Assembly: GCA_964057225.1 (NCBI GenBank)
Contig: OZ059896.1
Span: forward strand, 18,724,001 to 18,788,000
DNA: 64,000 nucleotides
Reading direction: 5' to 3'
Source: Auanema rhodensis
Taxonomy: Eukaryota; Animalia; Nematoda
The number at the start of each line of letters is the position of its first letter. Within the stretch, counting starts at the first letter, position 1. Below, piece by piece: positions 23,699 through 36,218 of this stretch. Under the pieces are notes generated by a model that worked only from the letters and a program-made list of their open reading frames with translations, ran no database searches and had not been told where the DNA came from. Made by a program: the position numbers and the translations under genes.

Positions 23699-23771
23699 GG
23701 CCTTGTGGTCTAATGGATAAGGCGTCGGACTTCGGATCCGAAGATTTTAGGTTCGAGTCCTGCCAGGGTCG
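23699..23771 (+). tRNA. tRNA-Arg(TCG) E
   Basis: Class E. Confidence 0.8.
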
Positions 23772-24076
23772 TTATTTTTTGTTTTAAAAAAATCATTACC
23801 TGATAGTTTACATTTTTTATTCTGTATTATCTCATACAATTGAAAAAAATACTAGCAGTAAAACAAATGCAGTAATAATATTCTCGAAAATGTTCCTATT
23901 CAGAGTGAGAAAGTATCAAAAATTTCCCGAAGGTTTTCTCATAAGGTACTAAAAGAAAAGTATTATTTCATATTATTTTTTTTTCAGACCTAGAATCGAT
24001 AAAAAAAAATCAACTACATTTTAGTGAGTTACTAGGTTGGGTTATACAAATTGTCTAATTTGAATGCGATTTAAAT

Positions 24077-24149
24077 GGCCTTGTGGCCTAATGGATAAGG
24101 CGTCGGACTTCGGATCCGAAGATTTTAGGTTCGAGTCCTGCCAGGGTCG
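24077..24149 (+). tRNA. tRNA-Arg(TCG) G
   Basis: G49T only. Confidence 0.8.
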
Positions 24150-24453
24150 TTATTTTTTGTTTTAAAAAAATCATTACCTGATAGTTTACATTTTTTATTC
24201 TGTATTATCTCATACAATTGAAAAAAATACTAGCAGTAAAACAAATGCAGTGATAATATTCTCGAAAATGTTCCTATTCAGAGTGAGAAAGTATCAAAAA
24301 TTGCCCGAAGGTTTTCTCATAAGGTACTAAAAGAAAAGTATTATTTCATATTATTATTTTTTCAGACCTAGAATCGATAAAAAAAATCAACTACATTTTA
24401 GTGAGTTACTAGGTTGGGTTATACAAATTGTCTAATTTGAATGCGATTTAAAT

Positions 24454-24526
24454 GGCCTTGTGGCCTAATGGATAAGGCGTCGGACTTCGGATCCGAAGAT
24501 TGTAGGTTCGAGTCCTGCCAGGGTCG
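24454..24526 (+). tRNA. tRNA-Arg(TCG) A
   Basis: As 314-386. Confidence 0.95.
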
Positions 24527-24830
24527 TTATTTTTTGTTTCAAAACAATCATTACCTGATAGTTTACATGTTTTATTCTATATTATCTCATACAATTGAAA
24601 AAAATACTAGCAGTAAAACAAATGCAGTGTTAATATTCTCGAGAATGTTCCTATTCAGAGTGAGAAAATATCGAAAATTTCCCGAAGCTTTTCTCATAAG
24701 GTACTAAAATAAAAGTATTATTTCATATTATTATTTTTTCAGACCTAGAATCGATAAAAAAAATTAACTACATTTTAGTGAGTTACTGGGTTGGGTTATA
24801 CAAATTGTCTAATTAGAATGCGATTTACAT

Positions 24831-24903
24831 GGCCTTGTGGCCTAATGGATAAGGCGTCGGACTTCGGATCCGAAGATTTTAGGTTCGAGTCCTGTCAGGG
24901 TCG
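24831..24903 (+). tRNA. tRNA-Arg(TCG) C
   Basis: Class C. Confidence 0.8.
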
Positions 24904-25207
24904 TTATTTTTTGTTTTAAAAAAATCATTACCTGATAGTTTACATTTTTTATTCTGTATTATCTCATACAATTGAAAAAAATACTAGCAGTAAAACAAAT
25001 GCAGTGATAATATTCTCGAAAATGTTCCTATTCAGAGTGAGAAAGTATCAAAAATTGCCCGAAGGTTTTCTCATAAGGTACTAAAAGAAAAGTATTATTT
25101 CATATTATTATTTTTTCAGACCTAGAATCGATAAAAAAAATTAACTACATTTTAGTGAGTTACTGGGTTGGGTTATACAAATTGTCTAATTAGAATGCGA
25201 TTTACAT

Positions 25208-25280
25208 GGCCTTGTGGTCTAATGGATAAGGCGTCGGACTTCGGATCCGAATGTTGTAGGTTCGAGTCCTGCCAGGGTTG
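25208..25280 (+). tRNA. tRNA-Arg(TCG) B
   Basis: Class B. Confidence 0.8.
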
Positions 25281-25584
25281 TTATTTTTTGTTTCAAAAAA
25301 ATCATTACCTGATAGTTTACATGTTTTATGCTGTATTATCTCATACAATTGAAAAAAATACTAGCAGTAAAACAAATGCAGTGATGATATTCTCGAGAAT
25401 GTTCCTATTCAGAGTGAGAAAATATCAAAAATTTCAAGACGGTTTTCTCATAAGGTACTAAAATAAAAGTATTATTTCATATTATTATTTTTTCAGACCT
25501 AGAATCGATAAAAAAAATCAACTACATTTTAGTGAGTTACTAGGTTGGGTTATACAAATTGTCTAATTTGAATGCGATTTAAAT

Positions 25585-25657
25585 GGCCTTGTGGCCTAAT
25601 GGATAAGGCGTCGGATTTCGGATCCGAAGATTGTAGGTTCGAGTCCTGCCAGGGTCG
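25585..25657 (+). tRNA. tRNA-Arg(TCG) A with C32T
   Basis: Anticodon loop TT-TCG-GA. Confidence 0.9.
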
Positions 25658-25961
25658 TTATTTTTTGTTTCAAAACAATCATTACCTGATAGTTTACATG
25701 TTTTATTCTATATTATCTCATACAATTGAAAAAAATACTAGCAGTAAAACAAATGCAGTGTTAATATTCTCGAGAATGTTCCTAATCAGAGTGAGAAAAT
25801 ATCGAAAATTTCCCGAAGGTTTTCTCATAAGGTACTAAAATAAAAGTATTATTTCATATTATTATTTTTTCAGACCTAGAATCGATAAAAAAAATTAACT
25901 ACATTTTAGTGAGTTACTGGGTTGGGTTATACAAATTGTCTAATTAGAATGCGATTTACAT

Positions 25962-26034
25962 GGCCTTGTGGCCTAATGGATAAGGCGTCGGACTTCGGAT
26001 CCGAAGATTGTAGGTTCGAGTCCTGCCAGGGTCG
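25962..26034 (+). tRNA. tRNA-Arg(TCG) A
   Basis: As 314-386. Confidence 0.95.
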
Positions 26035-26338
26035 TTATTTTTTGTTTCAAAACAATCATTACCTGATAGTTTACATGTTTTATTCTATATTATCTCATAC
26101 AATTAAAAAGAATACTAGCAGTAAAACAAATGCAGTGTTAATATTCTCGAAAATGTTCCTATTCAAAGTGAGAAAGTATCAAAAATTTCCCGAAGGTTTT
26201 CTCATAAGGTACTAAAATAAAAGTATTATTTCATATTATTATTTTTTCAGACCTAGAATCGATATAAAAAATTAACTACATTTTAGTGAGTTACTGGGTT
26301 GGGTTATACAAATTGTCTAATTAGAATGCGATTTACAT

Positions 26339-26411
26339 GGCCTTGTGGCCTAATGGATAAGGCGTCGGACTTCGGATCCGAAGATTGTAGGTTCGAGTCC
26401 TGCCAGGGTCG
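26339..26411 (+). tRNA. tRNA-Arg(TCG) A
   Basis: As 314-386. Confidence 0.95.
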
Positions 26412-26716
26412 TTATTTTTTGTTTCAAAACAATCATTACCTGATAGTTTACATGTTTTATTCTATATTATCTCATACAATTGAAAAGAATACTAGCAGTA
26501 AAACAAATGCAGTGTTAATATTCTCGAAAATGTTCCTATTCAAAGTGAGAAAGTATCAAAAATTTCCCGAAGGTTTTCTCATAAGGTACTAAAAGAAAAG
26601 TATTATTTCATATTATTATTTTTTCAGACCTAGAATCGATAAAAAAAAATCAACTACATTTTAGTGAGTTACTAGGTTGGGTTATACAAATTGTCTAATT
26701 AGAATGCGATTTAGAT

Positions 26717-26789
26717 GGCCTTGTGGTCTAATGGATAAGGCGTCGGACTTCGGATCCGAAGATTTTAGGTTCGAGTCCTGCCAGGGTCG
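26717..26789 (+). tRNA. tRNA-Arg(TCG) E
   Basis: Class E. Confidence 0.8.
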
Positions 26790-27093
26790 TTATTTTTTGT
26801 TTTAAAAAAATCATTACCTGATAGTTTACATTTTTTATTCTGTATTATCTCATACAATTGAAAAAAATACTAGCAGTAAAACAAATGCAGTAATAATATT
26901 CTCGAAAATGTTCCTATTCAGAGTGAGAAAGTATCAAAAATTTCCCGAAGGTTTTCTCATAAGGTACTAAAAGAAAAGTATTATTTCATATTATTTTTTT
27001 TTCAGACCTAGAATCGATAAAAAAAATCAACTACATTTTAGTGAGTTACTAGGTTGGGTTATACAAATTGTCTAATTAGAATGCGATTTAGAT

Positions 27094-27166
27094 GGCCTTG
27101 TGGTCTAATGGATAAGGCGTCGGACTTCGGATCCGAAGATTTTAGGTTCGAGTCCTGCCAGGGTCG
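27094..27166 (+). tRNA. tRNA-Arg(TCG) E
   Basis: Class E. Confidence 0.8.
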
Positions 27167-27471
27167 TTATTTTTTGTTTTAAAAAAATCATTACCTGATA
27201 GTTTACATTTTTTATTCTGTATTATCTCATACAATTGAAAAAAATACTAGCAGTAAAACAAATGTAGTGATAATATTCTCGAAAATGTTCCTATTCAGAG
27301 TGAGAAAGTATCAAAAATTGCCCGAAGGTTTTCTCATAAGGTACTAAAAGAAAAGTATTATTTCATATCATTATTTTTTCAGACCTAGAATCGATAAAAA
27401 AAAATCAACTACATTTTAGTGAGTTACTAGGTTGGGTTATACAAATTGTCTAATTTGAATGCGATTTAAAT

Positions 27472-27544
27472 GGCCTTGTGGCCTAATGGATAAGGCGTCG
27501 GACTTCGGATCCGAAGATTTTAGGTTCGAGTCCTGCCAGGGTCG
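27472..27544 (+). tRNA. tRNA-Arg(TCG) G
   Basis: G49T only. Confidence 0.8.
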
Positions 27545-27848
27545 TTATTTTTTGTTTTAAAAAAATCATTACCTGATAGTTTACATTTTTTATTCTGTAT
27601 TATCTCATACAATTGAAAAAAATACTAGCAGTAAAACAAATGCAGTGATAATATTCTCGAAAATGTTCCTATTCAGAGTGAGAAAGTATCAAAAATTGCC
27701 CGAAGGTTTTCTCATAAGGTACTAAAATAAAAGTATTATTTCATATTATTATTTTTTCAGACCTAGAATCGATAAAAAAAATTAACTACATTTTAGTGAG
27801 TTACTGGGTTGGGTTATACAAATTGTCTAATTTGAATGCGATTTAAAT

Positions 27849-27921
27849 GGCCTTGTGGCCTAATGGATAAGGCGTCGGACTTCGGATCCGAAGATTGTAG
27901 GTTCGAGTCCTGCCAGGGTCG
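27849..27921 (+). tRNA. tRNA-Arg(TCG) A
   Basis: As 314-386. Confidence 0.95.
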
Positions 27922-28225
27922 TTATTTTTTGTTTCAAAACAATCATTACCTGATAGTTTACATGTTTTATTCTATATTATCTCATACAATTGAAAAAAAT
28001 ACTAGCAGTAAAACAAATGCAGTGTTAATATTCTCGAGAATGTTCCTATTCAGAGTGAGAAAATATCGAAAATTTCCCGAAGCTTTTCTCATAAGGTACT
28101 AAAATAAAAGTATTATTTCATATTATTATTTTTTCAGACCTAGAATCGATAAAAAAAATTAACTACATTTTAGTGAGTTACTGGGTTGGGTTATACAAAT
28201 TGTCTAATTAGAATGCGATTTAGAT

Positions 28226-28298
28226 GGCCTTGTGGTCTAATGGATAAGGCGTCGGACTTCGGATCCGAAGATTTTAGGTTCGAGTCCTGTCAGGGTCG
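28226..28298 (+). tRNA. tRNA-Arg(TCG) D
   Basis: Class D. Confidence 0.8.
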
Positions 28299-28602
28299 TT
28301 ATTTTTTGTTTTAAAAAAATCATTACCTGATAGTTTACATTTTTTATTCTGTATTATCTCATACAATTGAAAAAAATACTAGCAGTAAAACAAATGCAGT
28401 GTTAATATTCTCGAGAATGTTCCTATTCAGAGTGAGAAAATATCGAAAATTTCCCGAAGGTTTTCTCATAAGGTACTAAAATAAAAGTATTATTTCATAT
28501 TATTATTTTTTCAGACCTAGAATCGATAAAAAAAATTAACTACATTTTAGTGAGTTACTGGGTTGGGTTATACAAATTGTCTAATTAGAATGCGATTTAC
28601 AT

Positions 28603-28675
28603 GGCCTTGTGGTCTAATGGATAAGGCGTCGGACTTCGGATCCGAATGTTGTAGGTTCGAGTCCTGCCAGGGTTG
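28603..28675 (+). tRNA. tRNA-Arg(TCG) B
   Basis: Class B. Confidence 0.8.
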
Positions 28676-28979
28676 TTATTTTTTGTTTCAAAAAAATCAT
28701 TACCTGATAGTTTACATGTTTTATGCTGTATTATCTCATACAATTGAAAAAAATACTAGCAGTAAAACAAATGCAGTGATGATATTCTCGAGAATGTTCC
28801 TATTCAGAGTGAGAAAATATCAAAAATTTCAAGACGGTTTTCTCATAAGGTACTAAAATAAAAGTATTATTTCATATTATTATTTTTTCAGACCTAGAAT
28901 CGATAAAAAAAATCAACTACATTTTAGTGAGTTACTAGGTTGGGTTATACAAATTGTCTAATTTGAATGCGATTTAAAT

Positions 28980-29052
28980 GGCCTTGTGGCCTAATGGATA
29001 AGGCGTCGGACTTCGGATCCGAAGATTGTAGGTTCGAGTCCTGCCAGGGTCG
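28980..29052 (+). tRNA. tRNA-Arg(TCG) A
   Basis: As 314-386. Confidence 0.95.
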
Positions 29053-29356
29053 TTATTTTTTGTTTCAAAACAATCATTACCTGATAGTTTACATGTTTTA
29101 TTCTATATTATCTCATACAATTGAAAAAAATACTAGCAGTAAAACAAATGCAGTGTTAATATTCTCGAGAATGTTCCTATTCAGAGTGAGAAAATATCGA
29201 AAATTTCCCGAAGCTTTTCTCATAAGGTACTAAAATAAAAGTATTATTTCATATTATTATTTTTTCAGACCTAGAATCGATAAAAAAAATTAACTACATT
29301 TTAGTGAGTTACTGGGTTGGGTTATACAAATTGTCTAATTAGAATGCGATTTACAT

Positions 29357-29429
29357 GGCCTTGTGGCCTAATGGATAAGGCGTCGGACTTCGGATCCGAA
29401 GATTTTAGGTTCGAGTCCTGTCAGGGTCG
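29357..29429 (+). tRNA. tRNA-Arg(TCG) C
   Basis: Class C. Confidence 0.8.
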
Positions 29430-29734
29430 TTATTTTTTGTTTTAAAAAAATCATTACCTGATAGTTTACATTTTTTATTCTGTATTATCTCATACAATTG
29501 AAAAAAATACTAGCAGTAAAACAAATGCAGTGATAATATTCTCGAAAATGTTCCTATTCAGAGTGAGAAAGTATCAAAAATTGCCCGAAGGTTTTCTCAT
29601 AAGGTACTAAAAGAAAAGTATTATTTCATATTATTATTTTTTCAGACCTAGAATCGATAAAAAAAAATCAACTACATTTTAGTGAGTTACTAGGTTGGGT
29701 TATACAAATTGCCTAATTTGAATGCGATTTAAAT

Positions 29735-29807
29735 GGCCTTGTGGCCTAATGGATAAGGCGTCGGACTTCGGATCCGAAGATTGTAGGTTCGAGTCCTGCC
29801 AGGGTCG
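29735..29807 (+). tRNA. tRNA-Arg(TCG) A
   Basis: As 314-386. Confidence 0.95.
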
Positions 29808-30111
29808 TTATTTTTTGTTTCAAAACAATCATTACCTGATAGTTTACATGTTTTATTCTATATTATCTCATACAATTGAAAAAAATACTAGCAGTAAAAC
29901 AAATGCAGTGTTAATATTCTCGAGAATGTTCCTATTCAGAGTGAGAAAATATCGAAAATTTCCCGAAGGTTTTCTCATAAGGTACTAAAATAAAAGTATT
30001 ATTTCATATTATTATTTTTTCAGACCTAGAATCGATAAAAAAAATTAACTACATTTTAGTGAGTTACTGGGTTGGGTTATACAAATTGTCTAATTAGAAT
30101 GCGATTTACAT

Positions 30112-30184
30112 GGCCTTGTGGTCTAATGGATAAGGCGTCGGATTTCGGATCCGAATGTTGTAGGTTCGAGTCCTGCCAGGGTTG
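30112..30184 (+). tRNA. tRNA-Arg(TCG) B'
   Basis: Class B plus C32T. Confidence 0.8.
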
Positions 30185-30488
30185 TTATTTTTTGTTTCAA
30201 AAAAATCGTTACCTGATAGTTTACATGTTTTGTGCTGTATTATCTCATACAATTGAAAAAAATACTAGCAGTAAAACAAATGCAGTGATGATATTCTCGA
30301 GAATGTTCCTATTCAGAGTGAGAAAATATCAAAAATTTCAAGACGGTTTTCTCATAAGGTACTAAAATAAAAGTATTATTTCATATTATTATTTTTTCAG
30401 ACCTAGAATCGATAAAAAAAATCAACTACATTTTAGTGAGTTACTAGGTTGGGTTATACAAATTGTCTAATTTGAATGCGATTTAAAT

Positions 30489-30561
30489 GGCCTTGTGGCC
30501 TAATGGATAAGGCGTCGGACTTCGGATCCGAAGATTGTAGGTTCGAGTCCTGCCAGGGTCG
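30489..30561 (+). tRNA. tRNA-Arg(TCG) A
   Basis: As 314-386. Confidence 0.95.
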
Positions 30562-30865
30562 TTATTTTTTGTTTCAAAACAATCATTACCTGATAGTTTA
30601 CATGTTTTGTGCTGTATTATCTCATACAATTGAAAAAAATACTAGCAGTAAAACAAATGCAGTGTTAATATTCTCGAGAATGTTCCTATTCAGAGTGAGA
30701 AAATATCGAAAATTTCCCGAAGCTTTTCTCATAAGGTACTAAAATAAAAGTATTATTTCATATTATTATTTTTTCAGACCTAGAATCGATAAAAAAAATT
30801 AACTACATTTTAGTGAGTTACTGGGTTGGGTTATACAAATTGTCTAATTAGAATGCGATTTACAT

Positions 30866-30938
30866 GGCCTTGTGGCCTAATGGATAAGGCGTCGGACTTC
30901 GGATCCGAAGATTTTAGGTTCGAGTCCTGTCAGGGTCG
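30866..30938 (+). tRNA. tRNA-Arg(TCG) C
   Basis: Class C. Confidence 0.8.
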
Positions 30939-31243
30939 TTATTTTTTGTTTTAAAAAAATCATTACCTGATAGTTTACATTTTTTATTCTGTATTATCTC
31001 ATACAATTGAAAAAAATACTAGCAGTAAAACAAATGCAGTGATAATATTCTCGAAAATGTTCCTATTCAGAGTGAGAAAGTATCAAAAATTGCCCGAAGG
31101 TTTTCTCATAAGGTACTAAAAGAAAAGTATTATTTCATATTATTATTTTTTCAGACCTAGAATCGATAAAAAAAAATCAACTACATTTTAGTGAGTTACT
31201 AGGTTGGGTTATACAAATTGTCTAATTTGAATGCGATTTAAAT

Positions 31244-31316
31244 GGCCTTGTGGCCTAATGGATAAGGCGTCGGACTTCGGATCCGAAGATTGTAGGTTCG
31301 AGTCCTGCCAGGGTCG
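31244..31316 (+). tRNA. tRNA-Arg(TCG) A
   Basis: As 314-386. Confidence 0.95.
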
Positions 31317-31620
31317 TTATTTTTTGTTTCAAAACAATCATTACCTGATAGTTTACATGTTTTATTCTATATTATCTCATACAATTGAAAAAAATACTAG
31401 CAGTAAAACAAATGCAGTGTTAATATTCTCGAGAATGTTCCTATTCAGAGTGAGAAAATATCGAAAATTTCCCGAAGGTTTTCTCATAAGGTACTAAAAT
31501 AAAAGTATTATTTCATATTATTATTTTTTCAGACCTAGAATCGATAAAAAAAATTAACTACATTTTAGTGAGTTACTGGGTTGGGTTATACAAATTGTCT
31601 AATTAGAATGCGATTTACAT

Positions 31621-31693
31621 GGCCTTGTGGTCTAATGGATAAGGCGTCGGACTTCGGATCCGAATGTTGTAGGTTCGAGTCCTGCCAGGGTTG
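31621..31693 (+). tRNA. tRNA-Arg(TCG) B
   Basis: Class B. Confidence 0.8.
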
Positions 31694-31997
31694 TTATTTT
31701 TTGTTTCAAAAAAATCATTACCTGATAGTTTACATGTTTTATGCTGTATTATCTCATACAATTGAAAAAAATACTAGCAGTAAAACAAATGCAGTGATGA
31801 TATTCTCGAGAATGTTCCTATTCAGAGTGAGAAAATATCAAAAATTTCAAGACGGTTTTCTCATAAGGTACTAAAATAAAAGTATTATTTCATATTATTA
31901 TTTTTTCAGACCTAGAATCGATAAAAAAAATCAACTACATTTTATTGAGTTACTAGGTTGGGTTATACAAATTGTCTAATTTGAATGCGATTTAAAT

Positions 31998-32070
31998 GGC
32001 CTTGTGGCCTAATGGATAAGGCGTCGGACTTCGGATCCGAAGATTGTAGGTTCGAGTCCTGCCAGGGTCG
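31998..32070 (+). tRNA. tRNA-Arg(TCG) A
   Basis: As 314-386. Confidence 0.95.
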
Positions 32071-32374
32071 TTATTTTTTGTTTCAAAAAAATCATTACCT
32101 GATAGTTTACATGTTTTATTCTGTATTATCTCATACAATTAAAAAAATACTAGCAGTAAAACAAATGCAGTGATAATATTCTCGAAAATGTTCCTATTCA
32201 GAGTGAGAAAGTATCAAAAATTTCCCGAAGGTTTTCTCATAAGCTACTAAAAGAAAAGTATTATTTCATATTATTATTTTTTCAGACCTAGAATCGATAA
32301 AAAAAAATCAACTACATTTTAGTGAGTTACTAGGTTGGGTTATACAAATTGTCTAATTTGAATGCGATTTAAAT

Positions 32375-32447
32375 GGCCTTGTGGCCTAATGGATAAGGCG
32401 TCGGACTTCGGATCCGAAGATTGTAGGTTCGAGTCCTGCCAGGGTCG
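32375..32447 (+). tRNA. tRNA-Arg(TCG) A
   Basis: As 314-386. Confidence 0.95.
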
Positions 32448-32751
32448 TTATTTTTTGTTTCAAAACAATCATTACCTGATAGTTTACATGTTTTATTCTA
32501 TATTATCTCATACAATTGAAAAAAATACTAGCAGTAAAACAAATGCAGTGTTAATATTCTCGAGAATGTTCCTATTCAGAGTGAGAAAATATCGAAAATT
32601 TCCCGAAGGTTTTCTCATAAGGTACTAAAATAAAAGTATTATTTCATATTATTATTTTTTCAGACCTAGAATCGATAAAAAAAATTAACTACATTTTAGT
32701 GAGTTACTGGGTTGGGTTATACAAATTGTCTAATTAGAATGCGATTTACAT

Positions 32752-32824
32752 GGCCTTGTGGTCTAATGGATAAGGCGTCGGACTTCGGATCCGAATGTTG
32801 TAGGTTCGAGTCCTGCCAGGGTTG
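32752..32824 (+). tRNA. tRNA-Arg(TCG) B
   Basis: Class B. Confidence 0.8.
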
Positions 32825-33128
32825 TTATTTTTTGTTTCAAAAAAATCATTACCTGATAGTTTACATGTTTTATGCTGTATTATCTCATACAATTGAAAAA
32901 AATACTAGCAGTAAAACAAATGCAGTGATGATATTCTCGAGAATGTTCCTATTCAGAGTGAGAAAATATCAAAAATTTCAAGACGGTTTTCTCATAAGGT
33001 ACTAAAATAAAAGTATTATTTCATATTATTATTTTTTCAGACCTAGAATCGATAAAAAAAATCAACTACATTTTATTGAGTTACTAGGTTGGGTTATACA
33101 AATTGTCTAATTTGAATGCGATTTAAAT

Positions 33129-33201
33129 GGCCTTGTGGCCTAATGGATAAGGCGTCGGACTTCGGATCCGAAGATTGTAGGTTCGAGTCCTGCCAGGGTC
33201 G
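33129..33201 (+). tRNA. tRNA-Arg(TCG) A
   Basis: As 314-386. Confidence 0.95.
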
Positions 33202-33505
33202 TTATTTTTTGTTTCAAAAAAATCATTACCTGATAGTTTACATGTTTTATTCTGTATTATCTCATACAATTAAAAAAATACTAGCAGTAAAACAAATGCA
33301 GTGATAATATTCTCGAAAATGTTCCTATTCAGAGTGAGAAAGTATCAAAAATTTCCCGAAGGTTTTCTCATAAGCTACTAAAAGAAAAGTATTATTTCAT
33401 ATTATTATTTTTTCAGACCTAGAATCGATAAAAAAAAATCAACTACATTTTAGTGAGTTACTGGGTTGGGGTATACAAATTGTCTAATTTGAATGCGATT
33501 TAAAT

Positions 33506-33578
33506 GGCCTTGTGGCCTAATGGATAAGGCGTCGGACTTCGGATCCGAAGATTGTAGGTTCGAGTCCTGCCAGGGTCG
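33506..33578 (+). tRNA. tRNA-Arg(TCG) A
   Basis: As 314-386. Confidence 0.95.
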
Positions 33579-33882
33579 TTATTTTTTGTTTTAAAAAAAT
33601 CATTACCTGATAGTTTACATTTTTTATTCTGTATTATCTCATACAATTGAAAAAAATACTAGCAGTAAAACAAATGCAGTGATAATATTCTCGAAAATGT
33701 TCCTATTCAGAGTGAGAAAGTATCAAAAATTGCCCGAAGGTTTTCTCATAAGGTACTAAAATAAAAGTATTATTTCATATTATTATTTTTTCAGACCTAG
33801 AATCGATAAAAAAAATTAACTACATTTTAGTGAGTTACTGGGTTGGGTTATACAAATTGTCTAATTAGAATGCGATTTACAT

Positions 33883-33955
33883 GGCCTTGTGGTCTAATGG
33901 ATAAGGCGTCGGACTTCGGATCCGAATGTTGTAGGTTCGAGTCCTGCCAGGGTTG
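33883..33955 (+). tRNA. tRNA-Arg(TCG) B
   Basis: Class B. Confidence 0.8.
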
Positions 33956-34259
33956 TTATTTTTTGTTTCAAAAAAATCATTACCTGATAGTTTACATGCT
34001 TTATGCTGTATTATCTCATACAATTGAGAAAAATACTAGCAGTAAAACAAATGCAGTGATGATATTCTCGAGAATGTTCCTATTCAGAGTGAGAAAATAT
34101 CAAAAATTTCAAGACGGTTTTCTCATAAGGTACTAAAATAAAAGTATTATTTCATATTATTATTTTTTCAGACCTAGAATCGATAAAAAAAATCAACTAC
34201 ATTTTAGTGAGTTACTAGGTTGGGTTATACAAATTGTCTAATTTGAATGCGATTTAAAT

Positions 34260-34332
34260 GGCCTTGTGGCCTAATGGATAAGGCGTCGGACTTCGGATCC
34301 GAAGATTGTAGGTTCGAGTCCTGCCAGGGTCG
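34260..34332 (+). tRNA. tRNA-Arg(TCG) A
   Basis: As 314-386. Confidence 0.95.
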
Positions 34333-34636
34333 TTATTTTTTGTTTCAAAACAATCATTACCTGATAGTTTACATGTTTTATTCTATATTATCTCATACAA
34401 TTGAAAAAAATACTAGCAGTAAAACAAATGCAGTGTTAATATTCTCGAGAATGTTCCTATTCAGAGTGAGAAAATATCGAAAATTTCCCGAAGCTTTTCT
34501 CATAAGGTACTAAAATAAAAGTATTATTTCATATTATTATTTTTTCAGACCTAGAATCGATAAAAAAAATTAACTACATTTTAGTGAGTTACTGGGTTGG
34601 GTTATACAAATTGTCTAATTAGAATGCGATTTAGAT

Positions 34637-34709
34637 GGCCTTGTGGTCTAATGGATAAGGCGTCGGACTTCGGATCCGAAGATTTTAGGTTCGAGTCCTG
34701 TCAGGGTCG
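34637..34709 (+). tRNA. tRNA-Arg(TCG) D
   Basis: Class D. Confidence 0.8.
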
Positions 34710-35013
34710 TTATTTTTTGTTTTAAAAAAATCATTACCTGATAGTTTACATTTTTTATTCTGTATTATCTCATACAATTGAAAAAAATACTAGCAGTAAA
34801 ACAAATGCAGTGTTAATATTCTCGAGAATGTTCCTATTCAGAGTGAGAAAATATCGAAAATTTCCCGAAGGTTTTCTCATAAGGTACTAAAATAAAAGTA
34901 TTATTTCATATTATTATTTTTTCAGACCTAGAATCGATAAAAAAAATTAACTACATTTTAGTGAGTTACTGGGTTGGGTTATACAAATTGTCTAATTAGA
35001 ATGCGATTTACAT

Positions 35014-35086
35014 GGCCTTGTGGTCTAATGGATAAGGCGTCGGACTTCGGATCCGAATGTTGTAGGTTCGAGTCCTGCCAGGGTTG
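35014..35086 (+). tRNA. tRNA-Arg(TCG) B
   Basis: Class B. Confidence 0.8.
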
Positions 35087-35390
35087 TTATTTTTTGTTTC
35101 AAAAAAATCATTACCTGATAGTTTACATGTTTTATGCTGTATTATCTCATACAATTGAAAAAAATACTAGCAGTAAAACAAATGCAGTGATGATATTCTC
35201 GAGAATGTTCCTATTCAGAGTGAGAAAATATCAAAAATTTCAAGACGGTTTTCTCATAAGGTACTAAAATAAAAGTATTATTTCATATTATTATTTTTTC
35301 AGACCTAGAATCGATAAAAAAAATTAACTACATTTTAGTGAGTTACTGGGTTGGGTTATACAAATTGTCTAATTAGAATGCGATTTACAT

Positions 35391-35463
35391 GGCCTTGTGG
35401 CCTAATGGATAAGGCGTCGGACTTCGGATCCGAAGATTTTAGGTTCGAGTCCTGTCAGGGTCG
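35391..35463 (+). tRNA. tRNA-Arg(TCG) C
   Basis: Class C. Confidence 0.8.
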
Positions 35464-35768
35464 TTATTTTTTGTTTTAAAAAAATCATTACCTGATAGTT
35501 TACATTTTTTATTCTGTATTATCTCATACAATTGAAAAAAATACTAGCAGTAAAACAAATGCAGTGATAATATTCTCGAAAATGTTCCTATTCAGAGTGA
35601 GAAAGTATCAAAAATTGCCCGAAGGTTTTCTCATAAGGTACTAAAAGAAAAGTATTATTTCATATTATTATTTTTTCAGACCTAGAATCGATAAAAAAAA
35701 ATCAACTACATTTTAGTGAGTTACTAGGTTGGGTTATACAAATTGCCTAATTTGAATGCGATTTAAAT

Positions 35769-35841
35769 GGCCTTGTGGCCTAATGGATAAGGCGTCGGAC
35801 TTCGGATCCGAAGATTGTAGGTTCGAGTCCTGCCAGGGTCG
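35769..35841 (+). tRNA. tRNA-Arg(TCG) A
   Basis: As 314-386. Confidence 0.95.
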
Positions 35842-36145
35842 TTATTTTTTGTTTCAAAACAATCATTACCTGATAGTTTACATGTTTTATTCTATATTAT
35901 CTCATACAATTGAAAAAAATACTAGCAGTAAAACAAATGCAGTGTTAATATTCTCGAGAATGTTCCTATTCAGAGTGAGAAAATATCAAAAATTTCAAGA
36001 CGGTTTTCTCATAAGGTACTAAAATAAAAGTATTATTTCATATTATTATTTTTTCAGACCTAGAATCGATAAAAAAAATCAACTACATTTTAGTGAGTTA
36101 CTAGGTTGGGTTATACAAATTGTCTAATTTGAATGCGATTTAAAT

Positions 36146-36218
36146 GGCCTTGTGGCCTAATGGATAAGGCGTCGGACTTCGGATCCGAAGATTGTAGGTT
36201 CGAGTCCTGCCAGGGTCG
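36146..36218 (+). tRNA. tRNA-Arg(TCG) A
   Basis: As 314-386. Confidence 0.95.

Larger units (their letters stand above)
24441..35350 (+). repeat. ~11-kb duplicate of block 8977-20260 (one unit shorter)
   Basis: Offset is 15464 for 8977..11995 and 15087 for 12749..19887. Rare variants match in register (ATGTAGTG, ATATCATT, TTTTATTGAG, TTGTGCTG patch, ATGCTTT). Confidence 0.88.
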
